Positions 39,962 to 48,806 of a DNA stretch of 55,919 nucleotides are shown one piece after another; the first letter of the stretch is position 1, and every line of letters starts with the position of its first letter. This DNA comes from Actinomycetota bacterium. GTDB lineage: Bacteria > Actinomycetota > Aquicultoria > UBA3085 > Oleimmundimicrobiaceae. Under the pieces are notes generated by a model that was not told where the DNA came from, searched no databases, and was given only the letters and a program-made list of their open reading frames with translations. The stretch covers positions 1 through 55,919 of the forward strand of contig JBBIRY010000002.1 in NCBI GenBank assembly GCA_037441605.1, read 5' to 3'. The position numbers and the translations under genes were made by a program.

Positions 39962-41004
39962 CCACCGGGGCCGAATAGGTCAGAAAAGGTAACGAGGATT
40001 GTCATCGATAAAAGAAGAAAGATGCCTGCCGCTTGAACCATCATGATCGTCTTTGCCTTGAGCGGCTTTCTTTTAGCGGCTTCGATCCCAAGAAGGATGA
40101 GCTTTCCGCCATCTAAGGGAGGAATTATGAAGAGGTTTGCGATTCCAAGGCCAACGCTCATCTGGGCTAAAATCTCTAAGTATATGAGGATGCTCTCCTT
40201 AGCTCCCCTTGAAAGTTCGCTCGTAAATCCGACCGGTCCGATGAATCTGACTTGGGCGCCATCGGGCAGCGTAGAGGTTATAAATTGATAAAGAAACTTT
40301 AAGGTAGCGGCAGCATAGGCGGCCGTCGTCCTGACGGCCATGATGAAGGAGGTTGCAAACGGATACTTTGCGGTATCCAACCTCATGGATACGCCAAGAA
40401 AACCGGCGCCGTCGCGTTCTCCTAAAGTGACGGGGCTGGTGCTGACCTTCCCATCCCTTAAATACTCGATTTCGATCACCTCATTAGGATTCGCCCTGAT
40501 GATCTCGATGGCGGTCGGCCAGTCGCTGATCTTTTCGCCGGCAAGGAAGAGAATCTTATCTCCCGGCTGAAGCGATGCCTCTTCGGCAGCCGACCCTTTC
40601 GATATCTCGTCAATGGTGGTTGTAACGAAGGGAACTCCAACCATGAATATCACGGATATCAAGACGATGGCAAAGATGAAGTTTGCCGCAGAGCCGCTTA
40701 CCAAGATCAACAGGCGTTTATACAAAGGCAGATCCCCAAGAATCGGAAGGCGCGTCTCTTCTAGCGAAATCTCCTCGGGTTTTATATCCTCAATCTTGAC
40801 ATAGCCGCCAAAGGGGATCCAAGCCAGAGCATAGACCGTATCTTTGATTTTGCGGCTTATAAGCTTTGGTCCGTAGCCGACTACGAACTCATGAACCTTA
40901 ACTTTTAGGATCTTGGCGGTCATAAAGTGGCCGGTTTCGTGAACTATGATAAGAAGACCTATTCCCAAAACGGCCAGCATGATGCCAAAGAGATCATTTG
41001 TCAT
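39958..41004 (-). CDS. rseP: RIP metalloprotease RseP (site-2 protease, M50)
   Basis: HETGHF zinc motif, PDZ domain, and NLFIIPPLDGG motif. Confidence 0.85.
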   Translation of the reverse strand: MTNDLFGIMLAVLGIGLLIIVHETGHFMTAKILKVKVHEFVVGYGPKLISRKIKDTVYALAWIPFGGYVKIEDIKPEEISLEETRLPILGDLPLYKRLLILVSGSAANFIFAIVLISVIFMVGVPFVTTTIDEISKGSAAEEASLQPGDKILFLAGEKISDWPTAIEIIRANPNEVIEIEYLRDGKVSTSPVTLGERDGAGFLGVSMRLDTAKYPFATSFIMAVRTTAAYAAATLKFLYQFITSTLPDGAQVRFIGPVGFTSELSRGAKESILIYLEILAQMSVGLGIANLFIIPPLDGGKLILLGIEAAKRKPLKAKTIMMVQAAGIFLLLSMTILVTFSDLFGPGG

Positions 41005-42163
41005 TATAAACGGCTCCCAAACGGCTCAGCTCAATAGTCGTCACCTTGCGCGCCCATCTATCGGCTTGCAGCAGGGACTCCATATCGAGATGATTTAGCG
41101 GTTGATGTATGGTTAGAACATTATATATCACTTTGGGTATATCGATAAAATTTATCTTTTTATTCAAAAAGGCCTTGACCGCAACCTCGTTTGAGGCATT
41201 AAGGACGGCTGGAAAGGTGCTCCCCTTCAAACCGGCCTCTCTGGCATAGGCCAAACATGGAAAGAGCGTTAAATCCGGCTCTTCAAAAGTCAGAGGGGCA
41301 TCGTTAATAGGATCGAACCTTTTTTGAGTGAACGGTGCGCGCCTTGGATAGGTCAAGGCATACTGAATGGGTATTCTCATGTCGGCCGGACCGAGATGGG
41401 CTTTTATCGACCCGTCTTCGAATTCGACCATCGAGTGGACGATGCTCTGAGGGTGAACCAAGACATCGATTCGATCATAAGGAAGGCGGAAGAGATGATG
41501 GGCCTCAATGACCTCAAGACCTTTATTCATTAAGGTGGCTGAGTCGATGGTAATCTTGGGACCCATCTTCCATTTGGGATGAGAGAGGGCCATTTCAACC
41601 GTGACCCCCTTAAGAGCCTGAATATCAAAACCCCTAAACGGACCGCCCGAGGCGGTTATGATGATTCTCTCAATCTTGGAGCGATCCTCACCTAAAAGAC
41701 ATTGTTCGATGGCGCTATGCTCACTATCGACCGGAATGATCGAGCCGCAGCCCCCATCCAATAGATCGTTTATGAGGTCCCCTGCTATTACAAGCGACTC
41801 CTTGTTGGCGAGAGCAACTTGCCTTTTTGCCTTCAAGGCAGAGATGGTTGAAGTTAAGCCGGCCGCTCCCACCAGCGCATTTAGCACCATATCCGCATCA
41901 CAGGTCGCTAGCTCAGAGAGTGCTCCCTCGCCAAGAAGAAGCTTTACCCCATTTGGCACTTGATCGGAGATGGCCCTTGCAGAGGCAGGATTGGTGACGG
42001 CTATGTAGTTGGGTTTAAGCTTCACCGTTTGGCTGAGAAGCAGGTCCGTATCGCTGTGAGCCGAAAGGCCGACAACCCGGAAAAGATCGGGAAAAGACTC
42101 AATCACCTCGACGGCTTGGCGGCCGATCGACCCGGTTGACCCCAATATTATTATCTTTTTCAT
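40994..42163 (-). CDS. dxr: 1-deoxy-D-xylulose 5-phosphate reductoisomerase
   Basis: ILGSTGSIG NADPH loop and LANKESLV. ATG 42163 overlaps the cdsA stop (ATGA). Confidence 0.95.
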   Translation of the reverse strand: MKKIIILGSTGSIGRQAVEVIESFPDLFRVVGLSAHSDTDLLLSQTVKLKPNYIAVTNPASARAISDQVPNGVKLLLGEGALSELATCDADMVLNALVGAAGLTSTISALKAKRQVALANKESLVIAGDLINDLLDGGCGSIIPVDSEHSAIEQCLLGEDRSKIERIIITASGGPFRGFDIQALKGVTVEMALSHPKWKMGPKITIDSATLMNKGLEVIEAHHLFRLPYDRIDVLVHPQSIVHSMVEFEDGSIKAHLGPADMRIPIQYALTYPRRAPFTQKRFDPINDAPLTFEEPDLTLFPCLAYAREAGLKGSTFPAVLNASNEVAVKAFLNKKINFIDIPKVIYNVLTIHQPLNHLDMESLLQADRWARKVTTIELSRLGAVYNDK

Positions 42164-42939
42164 CGTCCTGCCCAACCAAAGTAAATGAATAGATAATAAG
42201 CAATCGGGGCAGCCAGGATCAAACTATCGAAACGGTCTAGAAAGCCGCCGTGGCCGGGAAGAATGCTTCCGCTATCTTTGACCTTAACCAGTCGCTTGAA
42301 TTTCGATTCGATCAGATCGCCCACTTGAGCCGCCGCGGCTATTGAAGCGCCGAGAAGTCCGCGGCTTAAGACGGCCATGTTCTCAAATCTGATTACGAAG
42401 AGGACAATGAGGGCCGCCAAAAAGCCAGCTACCGTGCCCTCGAGGGTCTTATTCGGACTTATCTTCGGTGAGACCTTTATCCTGCCAAACTTGCTGCCAA
42501 CCAGAAAGGCGAAAGTATCGAAAGCCCAAGTCGCAAAGAGCACGGCGAGCACCATCTTTCGATCGATATATCTTAGAAGTATAAGATGGCTAAATAGAAA
42601 GGAAATATAGGCCGGGGCAATTAGGGTAAAAGCCGCTCGTTTTAAACTCTCCCTTTTAAAAAAAAGGACAAGAAGAAGAGCGGAGGCAAGATTTAGAGCA
42701 AAGAGTGACAGAAGGCCCTTCTCTCCAAATCTCAAGGCAGCTATCGGATAGAGAGCCCCAAAGACGAAGGCTAGAGTAGCATCTATGCGACCGATTGATT
42801 CCTTTAGAATTGTGGCAACCTCAAAGAGGCAGATGAGCGAGATTGCAAGGATCAGAAGAGCAAATGGCGCCTGCCCCCAAAAAAGAAATATGAGGAGAAT
42901 CGGCGCGCCTATAAAAGAAGTCAAAATCCTCTCTTTGAT
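42160..42939 (-). CDS. cdsA: phosphatidate cytidylyltransferase
   Basis: C-terminal signature SKFKRLVKVKDSGSILPGHGGFLDRFDS. The ORF-track start is TTG 42924. The conserved IKERILTS N-terminus begins at ATC 42939, so the start is uncertain. Confidence 0.85.
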   Translation of the reverse strand: MKERILTSFIGAPILLIFLFWGQAPFALLILAISLICLFEVATILKESIGRIDATLAFVFGALYPIAALRFGEKGLLSLFALNLASALLLVLFFKRESLKRAAFTLIAPAYISFLFSHLILLRYIDRKMVLAVLFATWAFDTFAFLVGSKFGRIKVSPKISPNKTLEGTVAGFLAALIVLFVIRFENMAVLSRGLLGASIAAAAQVGDLIESKFKRLVKVKDSGSILPGHGGFLDRFDSLILAAPIAYYLFIYFGWAGR

Positions 42940-42959
42940 GTGAAAGACCCCCTCACCCT

Positions 42960-43769
42960 TTATTGCTCTTCAACTCCACCAAAGCGGCGTTTGCGGTTAA
43001 GAAAATCGAGCAAGGCTGTCTTAAGATGATTCTCGGTAAAATCCGGCCAGAGAGTCTTGGTCGTCCAGAATTCAGCATAGGCTGCCTGCCATATCAAGAA
43101 GTTGCTCATCCTTTCTTCGCCGCTGGTCCTTATGACGAGTTCGGGATCGGGTAGCTCAGGAAGATATAGATGATTTCTGATATCATTCTCGTCCAGCGAC
43201 TCGAGGTCGATTAGGCCTTTTTTTAAATCGGAAAGAAGAGACTTTACGGCATCGATGATCTCGCTCCGACCACCATAATTTAGGGCGATCACCAGCGTAA
43301 GTCCTGTGTTCTCGGCTGTCAAGGATTCGGCTCTTTTGATCCTATCTTGAATGCCGCAAGGCAAATCTGCAAGGCGGCCGATTACTTTAAAACGTATCCC
43401 CCTCTCGTGAAGAAAAGGCGCCTCAGCCTCGATGACCTCAGTAAAGAGGCCCATGAGTGAATCGACTTCTTCTTTGGGTCTCTTCCAATTCTCGGCTGAA
43501 AATGTGTAGAGGGTTAGGTAGGCGATTCCGATTTTGTTAGCAAAGGCGACGACGGAGCGCACGGCTTGATAACCGGCCCTATGCCCGGCAAATCTGGGAA
43601 GTCCTCGTTTCTTTGCCCAGCGGCCGTTCCCGTCCATGATGATGGCCACATGGCGCGGGATTTTTTTGGAATTTGAGGGATCTAAAAAAAAATATTCCGC
43701 ATCTATGTTTGAATCTTGGGAATATTTTTTAAAATGGGATTTAAAATTTAAGAGAAACCTTAGCCCCAA
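42960..43769 (-). CDS. uppS: isoprenyl transferase (undecaprenyl diphosphate synthase)
   Basis: HVAIIMDGNGRWA and ERMSNFLIWQAAYAEF motifs. Confidence 0.92.
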   Translation of the reverse strand: MGLRFLLNFKSHFKKYSQDSNIDAEYFFLDPSNSKKIPRHVAIIMDGNGRWAKKRGLPRFAGHRAGYQAVRSVVAFANKIGIAYLTLYTFSAENWKRPKEEVDSLMGLFTEVIEAEAPFLHERGIRFKVIGRLADLPCGIQDRIKRAESLTAENTGLTLVIALNYGGRSEIIDAVKSLLSDLKKGLIDLESLDENDIRNHLYLPELPDPELVIRTSGEERMSNFLIWQAAYAEFWTTKTLWPDFTENHLKTALLDFLNRKRRFGGVEEQ

Positions 43770-43784
43770 GACCTTCCCACCTAA

Positions 43785-44342
43785 CTAGACTTCCATTATC
43801 TCTTCTTCTTTATGTTTTACCATCTCATCGATCTCGGCGATGAACTTATCGGTCATTTTCTGGATTTCACTCTGAAGACGCCTCATGTCGTCCTCTGAGA
43901 TCTGGCCGGACTTCTCTGATGACTTAAACGAATCATTCATATCCCGCCTAATATTGCGCACGGCGACCTTGGCCTCCTCAGCCATGGATTTGACCATCTT
44001 AACGAGTTCTTTTCTTCTCTCTTCATTTAATTGGGGAACGGGCACCCTGATGACGTTGCCGTCATTTGAGGGGTTTAGGCCAAGGCTCGATTTTAAGATG
44101 GCTTTTTCGATCGGCTCAATGAGCCCTTTGTCCCAGGGCTGTATCAAAAGCAGCCTAGCCTCGGGAACGCTGACGGTAGCCACTTGGCTTACCGCGGTCT
44201 CGGTTCCGTAATAATCGATCATGACTTTATCAATGAGTGAAGCTGATGCCCTGCCCGTCCTTACGGTTACAAACTCTGACCTCAAGGCCTGAATTGATTT
44301 CTTCATTCTCTCTTCGGCCTGTTTTATCATCTCATTGACCAT
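43785..44342 (-). CDS. frr: ribosome recycling factor
   Basis: 185 aa with the [12 protein letters not shown] and RNIRRD motifs. Confidence 0.95.
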   Translation of the reverse strand: MVNEMIKQAEERMKKSIQALRSEFVTVRTGRASASLIDKVMIDYYGTETAVSQVATVSVPEARLLLIQPWDKGLIEPIEKAILKSSLGLNPSNDGNVIRVPVPQLNEERRKELVKMVKSMAEEAKVAVRNIRRDMNDSFKSSEKSGQISEDDMRRLQSEIQKMTDKFIAEIDEMVKHKEEEIMEV

Positions 44343-45066
44343 TGGCGCTTCCCCCTCTGACTATTGTGCCCACATTATTCTCGAGCATAACACGCCTTAT
44401 GTTTCCCTGCTCTTTTAGGTTGAAGACGATTATCGGCAGATCATTATCCATGCACAGTGAGATCGCGGTTGCATCCATTACTTTTAGTCCCTTGTTCAAT
44501 ACGTCTATATATTTTAACTCAGTAAAGATCTTAGCTTTAGGATTCTTCTCGGGATCCGAATCGTATACCCCGCCGACCTTGGTCGCTTTGAGAATTGCTT
44601 CAGCTCCGATCTCAAGAGCCCTTAAAGCCGCTGCCGTATCGGTGCTGAAATAGGGGTTTCCGGTGCCGGCGGCAAAGATCACAACCCTGCCCTTTTCTAA
44701 ATGACGGATCGCCCTTCTTCTTATATAAGGCTCTGCAACCTCTTGCATCCAGATCGCCGTCTGAACCCGAGTCTTCGTGCCCTTCTTCTCCAAGGCATCT
44801 TGAAGGGCTAGCGAGTTCATCACCGTTGCCATCATGCCGATTGTGTCGGCAGTCGCCCGATCCATGCCCTGGGCGCTGGCGGCGACTCCGCGAAAGATAT
44901 TACCGCCGCCGACCACCACCGCCACCTCTATGCCCAGATTGTGAACTTCGGTTATCTGGTCGGCAATTGACAGGATTATTTCGGGATCGATCCCATAACC
45001 AAGCTTATTGGTCAGGGCCTCTCCGCTTATTTTAAGAAGGACCCGCTTGAAGAGTGGGCGTTCCAA
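44332..45066 (-). CDS. pyrH: UMP kinase
   Basis: [20 protein letters not shown] and [11 protein letters not shown] motifs. TTG start. Confidence 0.95.
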   Translation of the reverse strand: MERPLFKRVLLKISGEALTNKLGYGIDPEIILSIADQITEVHNLGIEVAVVVGGGNIFRGVAASAQGMDRATADTIGMMATVMNSLALQDALEKKGTKTRVQTAIWMQEVAEPYIRRRAIRHLEKGRVVIFAAGTGNPYFSTDTAAALRALEIGAEAILKATKVGGVYDSDPEKNPKAKIFTELKYIDVLNKGLKVMDATAISLCMDNDLPIIVFNLKEQGNIRRVMLENNVGTIVRGGSANGQ

Positions 45067-45092
45067 TCGATGCTCGCTTTCGTATATCGATT

Positions 45093-45124
45093 ATGGCCCG
45101 CCGTTTTTGGGCGGGCCATTTTTT
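45093..45124 (+). terminator. strong GC-rich hairpin whose T-run is on the plus (antisense) strand, between tsf and pyrH
   Basis: ATGGCCCGCC-gtttttg-GGCGGGCCAT followed by TTTTT on the plus strand. On the minus (sense) strand the same hairpin is preceded by an A-run and followed by AAUCGAU. Confidence 0.4.
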
Positions 45125-45140
45125 AAGAGAACTTATTTGT

Positions 45141-45740
45141 TTAGTTGTCCTCACCAAGGAGAAACCGCGAGAACCTTCGTATGACGATATTCTCGCCGAT
45201 TTTCGCCACCATCTCAGAGAGATATTCGGAGATCGTAATATCGGGATTCTTGACGAAGGCTTGTTCCATTAAGCAGTTTGCCGAAAAGAACTTATCAAGC
45301 TTGCCCTCTATGATCTTATCAAGAATCTTTTCGGGCTTACCCTCAGCTAAAGCCTGGTCTTTGAATATCTCCTTCTCTCTGGCCAGAACTCCTTCCGGAA
45401 CCTGATCTCTGCTTATCCACTGAGGGGATGCAGCCGCAATATGCATGGCCACATCATGAGAGAAGTTTTGAAAGTCTTCGTTTCTGGCGACAAAATCTGT
45501 CTCGCAATTAACCTCGACCAGAACACCAAGCTTGCTGCCCGGATGGATGTAAGATTTGATCATCCCCTCGTTGGCTGCTCTCGACGACTTCTTGCTAAGT
45601 ACGCTCGCCCCCTTCTTGCGAAGGTAATCTACGGCCTTATCGGTATCGCCCCCGGTGGCCGCAAGAGCCTCTTTGCAATCCATCATGCCGGCTCCGGTCA
45701 TATCTCTAAGCTGCTTAACTTGAGCAGCGCTGACTGTCAT
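45141..45740 (-). CDS. tsf: elongation factor Ts (short form)
   Basis: UBA-like N-terminus VKQLRDMTGAGMMDCKEAL, 199 aa. Confidence 0.93.
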   Translation of the reverse strand: MTVSAAQVKQLRDMTGAGMMDCKEALAATGGDTDKAVDYLRKKGASVLSKKSSRAANEGMIKSYIHPGSKLGVLVEVNCETDFVARNEDFQNFSHDVAMHIAAASPQWISRDQVPEGVLAREKEIFKDQALAEGKPEKILDKIIEGKLDKFFSANCLMEQAFVKNPDITISEYLSEMVAKIGENIVIRRFSRFLLGEDN

Positions 45741-45772
45741 ATAACTCCTTCCGTCTATACAAAATTCGCTAT

Positions 45773-46495
45773 TTAAGCAGAAGCCTCTTGTTCTTGAGCT
45801 TCGAGCGCAGCTCTGCGCCCCGTTCCGTCCAGGGCCGCATCTGCCATTACCCTGCTCAAAAGGGCAACCGCCCTTATGGCATCATCATTTGCCGGAATCG
45901 GATAGTCAACCTCGTCGGGATCGGCGTTGGTATCGATGACCCCGATTATCGGTATCTCAAGCCTTCTGGCTTCCTTGATCGCGATGTGCTCACGCTTGGT
46001 ATCGATGACGAAAATGGCGTCCGGAACCCGCCTCATATCGCGGATTCCGCCAAGATTGCGCGAAAGCGTCTCCATCTCGGCGACCATCTTCATCGCTTCC
46101 TTCTTGGGGAGCTTTTCCATATGTCCGTTTTCCTGCATGGCTTCAAGCTCTTTTAGCCTTGCCACCCTCTGATTAATGGTGCTGAAGTTGGTGAGCATTC
46201 CACCGAGCCAGCGATGATTTACATACGGCATCTTTGCCCGCTCGGCCTCTTGTTTGACCGACTCTTGGGCTTGTTTCTTTGTGCCGACAAAAAGGATGCT
46301 CCCACCATCGGCCACGGTATCTTTGGCAAACTTATATGCCTGCTCGATGAGGGTAAGGGTCTTCTGAAGATCAATGATGTAGATATCATTTCTCTCGGTG
46401 AAGATGTATGGCTTCATCTTGGGATTCCATCTTCTTGTCTGATGTCCGAAATGAACTCCCGCCTCAAGCAGGTTCTTCATTGAGACAATAGCCAT
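45773..46495 (-). CDS. rpsB: 30S ribosomal protein S2
   Basis: [25 protein letters not shown] prefer ATG 46495, 6 nt after AGGAGGTG. The ORF-track GTG start lies inside that SD. Confidence 0.95.
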   Translation of the reverse strand: MAIVSMKNLLEAGVHFGHQTRRWNPKMKPYIFTERNDIYIIDLQKTLTLIEQAYKFAKDTVADGGSILFVGTKKQAQESVKQEAERAKMPYVNHRWLGGMLTNFSTINQRVARLKELEAMQENGHMEKLPKKEAMKMVAEMETLSRNLGGIRDMRRVPDAIFVIDTKREHIAIKEARRLEIPIIGVIDTNADPDEVDYPIPANDDAIRAVALLSRVMADAALDGTGRRAALEAQEQEASA

Positions 46496-46687
46496 AATAT
46501 TCACCTCCTTCCGTGCTAAGGTTTCTCCGCCGCAAGTTTCAACCCCGCCTTAACCCCATTAAAGAGGACCTTAAAGGTGAGTCCGCCTGCGTGTGTTATA
46601 AAGCGTGAACAGTTTAACATAAGAGACTTTTCAAGACAACAAGCTCGTAAAAAGGGTGTGGATGATACAAATTTTATTTCTTCCTCC

Positions 46688-46716
46688 TTGACAGATAGAA
46701 CATACGTTCGTAAAAT
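46688..46716 (+). promoter_or_regulatory. near-consensus sigma-70 promoter for the nuclease gene
   Basis: TTGACA (46688-46693), a 17 nt spacer, then TAAAAT (46711-46716). GAAAGGGG SD and ATG 46736 follow. Confidence 0.7.
46697..46710. promoter_or_regulatory. LexA operator (Cheo-type SOS box) inside the promoter spacer
   Basis: AGAACATACGTTCG contains a perfect GAAC-N4-GTTC. It lies entirely between the -35 and -10 hexamers. Confidence 0.65.
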
Positions 46717-46735
46717 ATCTTTGAAAGGGGCGCCT

Positions 46736-47875
46736 ATGAAGCTAAGTTACTCGTCGATTTCAACTTATAAAAATTGTCCGCTATCCTACAAATTCGCCTA
46801 TGTAGATAAACTGGAGAGACGAAAGAGTCCCGCTTTAAGTTTTGGAAGCTCAATCCATCAGGCCCTCCATTTCTTCTATTCCAACCCCCTTCAAAAGGCA
46901 CCGAATTTAAGCGATTTGATCCAATGCCTGGACTCCAACTGGCTTAGGGAGGGTTACTCAAGCCCTGAAGAGGAGGCCTCCTACAAAGAGCTGGCCATAA
47001 GAGTCCTTAATAAGTTCCATGAAGCAAACTCTGAGCCCTTCGTCGCCCCTTTGGCCTTAGAGCATAAATTTCAAATAGATCTCGGCCTTGAAGGGAAGTT
47101 GGGACAGAAGTGCTTCTTGACCGGAGTTATCGATAGGGTTCAAAAGAACCCCGATGGCTCCATAGAAGTTATCGATTATAAAACGAACAAGAGACTGCCG
47201 CCTTTCGCCCAGGTAGACAAGGATCTTCAGCTCTCTATATATTACTTTGCCGCAAAAGAGACCTGGGGAGTGGAGCCCGAAAAGTTAACCCTCTACTTCG
47301 TGTTGCCAGATATCGCCATGACTACCTCCAGGGAAAAGAATGAACTCGAACGGGTAAGGGGCGAGGTCCTTCTGACAGCCTCTTCAATCTTGAAGGAAGA
47401 GTTCGATCCCAAAGAGAACCCGCTCTGTCCTTGGTGTGATTTCCAACCCATCTGCCCGTTATTTAAGGATAAATTTAAAGACAAGGTTGAAGAAGAGTTC
47501 GATATCGAATCGATCATCGATGAATATGTATCCCTCAAGGAAGAGCTCGGCTCAAAAAAGGTGCGCTTAGATACGTTGCGCGATCAGATCTACAACTATC
47601 TTGCCGTTAACCAGCTTAAGCGAGCTTTCTCCGAGATAAACGCGATTACTTTAAGTGAGTATCCCGACTTCCAATATGATGTAGATTCGATAAGATCGAT
47701 CTTGGAGCCGCTCGGCCTCTTTGGGGAAGTGGTCGAGATCAAAAGAAATCTGCTTCAAGCGCTCTTGGAAAGCGGAAGGCTAAGCGAGGACCAGGTTCGT
47801 TCCATCGAAGAGAGCCGGATAGACAAAGGTAGCGTCAAACGTCTGCTCTCCAAACGTCTTACCGAAAAGAGCTGA
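46736..47875 (+). CDS. PD-(D/E)XK nuclease, Cas4/AddB-like with a predicted 4Fe-4S cluster, plus an uncharacterised helical C-terminal extension
   Basis: The four-cysteine pattern is YKNCPLSY ... CPWCDFQPIC (C-Xn-C-X2-C-X5-C). Nuclease motifs are GVIDRV, EVIDYKT and QLSIYY. I prefer ATG 46736 because the ORF-track upstream extension contains the promoter. Confidence 0.8.
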   Translation: MKLSYSSISTYKNCPLSYKFAYVDKLERRKSPALSFGSSIHQALHFFYSNPLQKAPNLSDLIQCLDSNWLREGYSSPEEEASYKELAIRVLNKFHEANSEPFVAPLALEHKFQIDLGLEGKLGQKCFLTGVIDRVQKNPDGSIEVIDYKTNKRLPPFAQVDKDLQLSIYYFAAKETWGVEPEKLTLYFVLPDIAMTTSREKNELERVRGEVLLTASSILKEEFDPKENPLCPWCDFQPICPLFKDKFKDKVEEEFDIESIIDEYVSLKEELGSKKVRLDTLRDQIYNYLAVNQLKRAFSEINAITLSEYPDFQYDVDSIRSILEPLGLFGEVVEIKRNLLQALLESGRLSEDQVRSIEESRIDKGSVKRLLSKRLTEKS

Positions 47876-47878
47876 GTT

Positions 47879-48799
47879 TTAACCATCTTCAGCAAGGCTT
47901 AGGGCGTCGGCTAAATCTTTGGGCAGATCGTCTTCGACTATAATCCTCTTACCGGTCAGCGGGTGGTTGAATTCGAGGCGGCTTGCATGAAGAAATTGTC
48001 TCTCAAGGCCTAAGTTTTGATCTTTCGATCCAGAGCCGTACTTTTTGTCTCCAACGACCGGATGACCGATAAACCTCATGTGAACCCTAATCTGATGGGT
48101 CCTTCCCGTGTCCAGATCAACCTTGAGCAGCGTATGTTTAGAAAATCTTTCAATCACCAGAAAATTGCTTGCGGCATCTTTAAGGTTGCCCCCCGTAACC
48201 GACATCTTCTTTCTATCCCTTAAGCTCCTTCCGATCGGTGCTTCTATCCTGCCCCGGTCCACTTCGAGAGATCCTAAAACCAAGGTTAAATAAGACCTCT
48301 TTACCTGCCTATCCTTAATCGCTTCGGCGAGAAGAAGGTGTGCGGCATCATTCTTAGCGATGATGATAAGCCCCGAGGTGTCCTTATCTAGCCTGTGAAC
48401 GACCCCGGGCCGCAAAGGAGCGCCAATCTTTGAGAGACTCTTCTTTTGACTTTGCAATCCGCCGACCAGGGTCTCTTCTTTGTAGTCGTTGGTCGGATGA
48501 ACCGTAAGGCCTGCTGGTTTAGAGATAACCATCAATTGATCGTCCTCATACTTAATATTAAGCTCAATTAGAGATTCACACAGCGGGGCCGCGCCATCGG
48601 AAAAATATGTGACGATTATCTCATCGCCCGCTTTTACAGAATAATTCTTGGAGACTAAGGCCCCGTTCACAAGGACGGAGCCGTTTGCGATGAGCTTCTG
48701 GGCGAGCGAGCGAGATCTGATTCCTTGGGCTTTTGAGAGGAAGGCATCTATCCTTTGGCCTTGGTCTTCTTCTTTAACGCGCAGAGCAATCTTTTCCAT
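47879..48799 (-). CDS. rluD: RluA family 23S rRNA pseudouridine synthase (RluD-like)
   Basis: N-terminal S4 domain and catalytic HRLDKDTSGL, 306 aa. Its stop is 3 nt from the convergent nuclease stop. Confidence 0.9.
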   Translation of the reverse strand: MEKIALRVKEEDQGQRIDAFLSKAQGIRSRSLAQKLIANGSVLVNGALVSKNYSVKAGDEIIVTYFSDGAAPLCESLIELNIKYEDDQLMVISKPAGLTVHPTNDYKEETLVGGLQSQKKSLSKIGAPLRPGVVHRLDKDTSGLIIIAKNDAAHLLLAEAIKDRQVKRSYLTLVLGSLEVDRGRIEAPIGRSLRDRKKMSVTGGNLKDAASNFLVIERFSKHTLLKVDLDTGRTHQIRVHMRFIGHPVVGDKKYGSGSKDQNLGLERQFLHASRLEFNHPLTGKRIIVEDDLPKDLADALSLAEDG

Positions 48800-48806
48800 C
48801 CCTTAA

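Noticed and set aside
45054-45272. A 72 aa plus-strand ORF spanning the tsf-pyrH hairpin. If real, it would make the plus-strand terminator meaningful.
   Set aside because: It overlaps the pyrH start and the tsf 3' end in antisense. It has no SD, and its sequence (for example the ARRFWAGHFLRE stretch) has no recognisable features. It is most likely a shadow ORF.
46577-46735. The 53-codon N-terminal extension of the nuclease ORF in the ORF track (MSPPACVIKREQ...).
   Set aside because: The extension contains the consensus promoter and LexA box and has no SD. The nuclease homology (MKLSYSSISTYKNCP) begins at ATG 46736, which does have an SD. I rejected similar upstream extensions for rpsO (29029), the GT2 gene (37507), dxr (42175), dapA (24562), rpsB (46504), crtB (6049) and lspA (50146).
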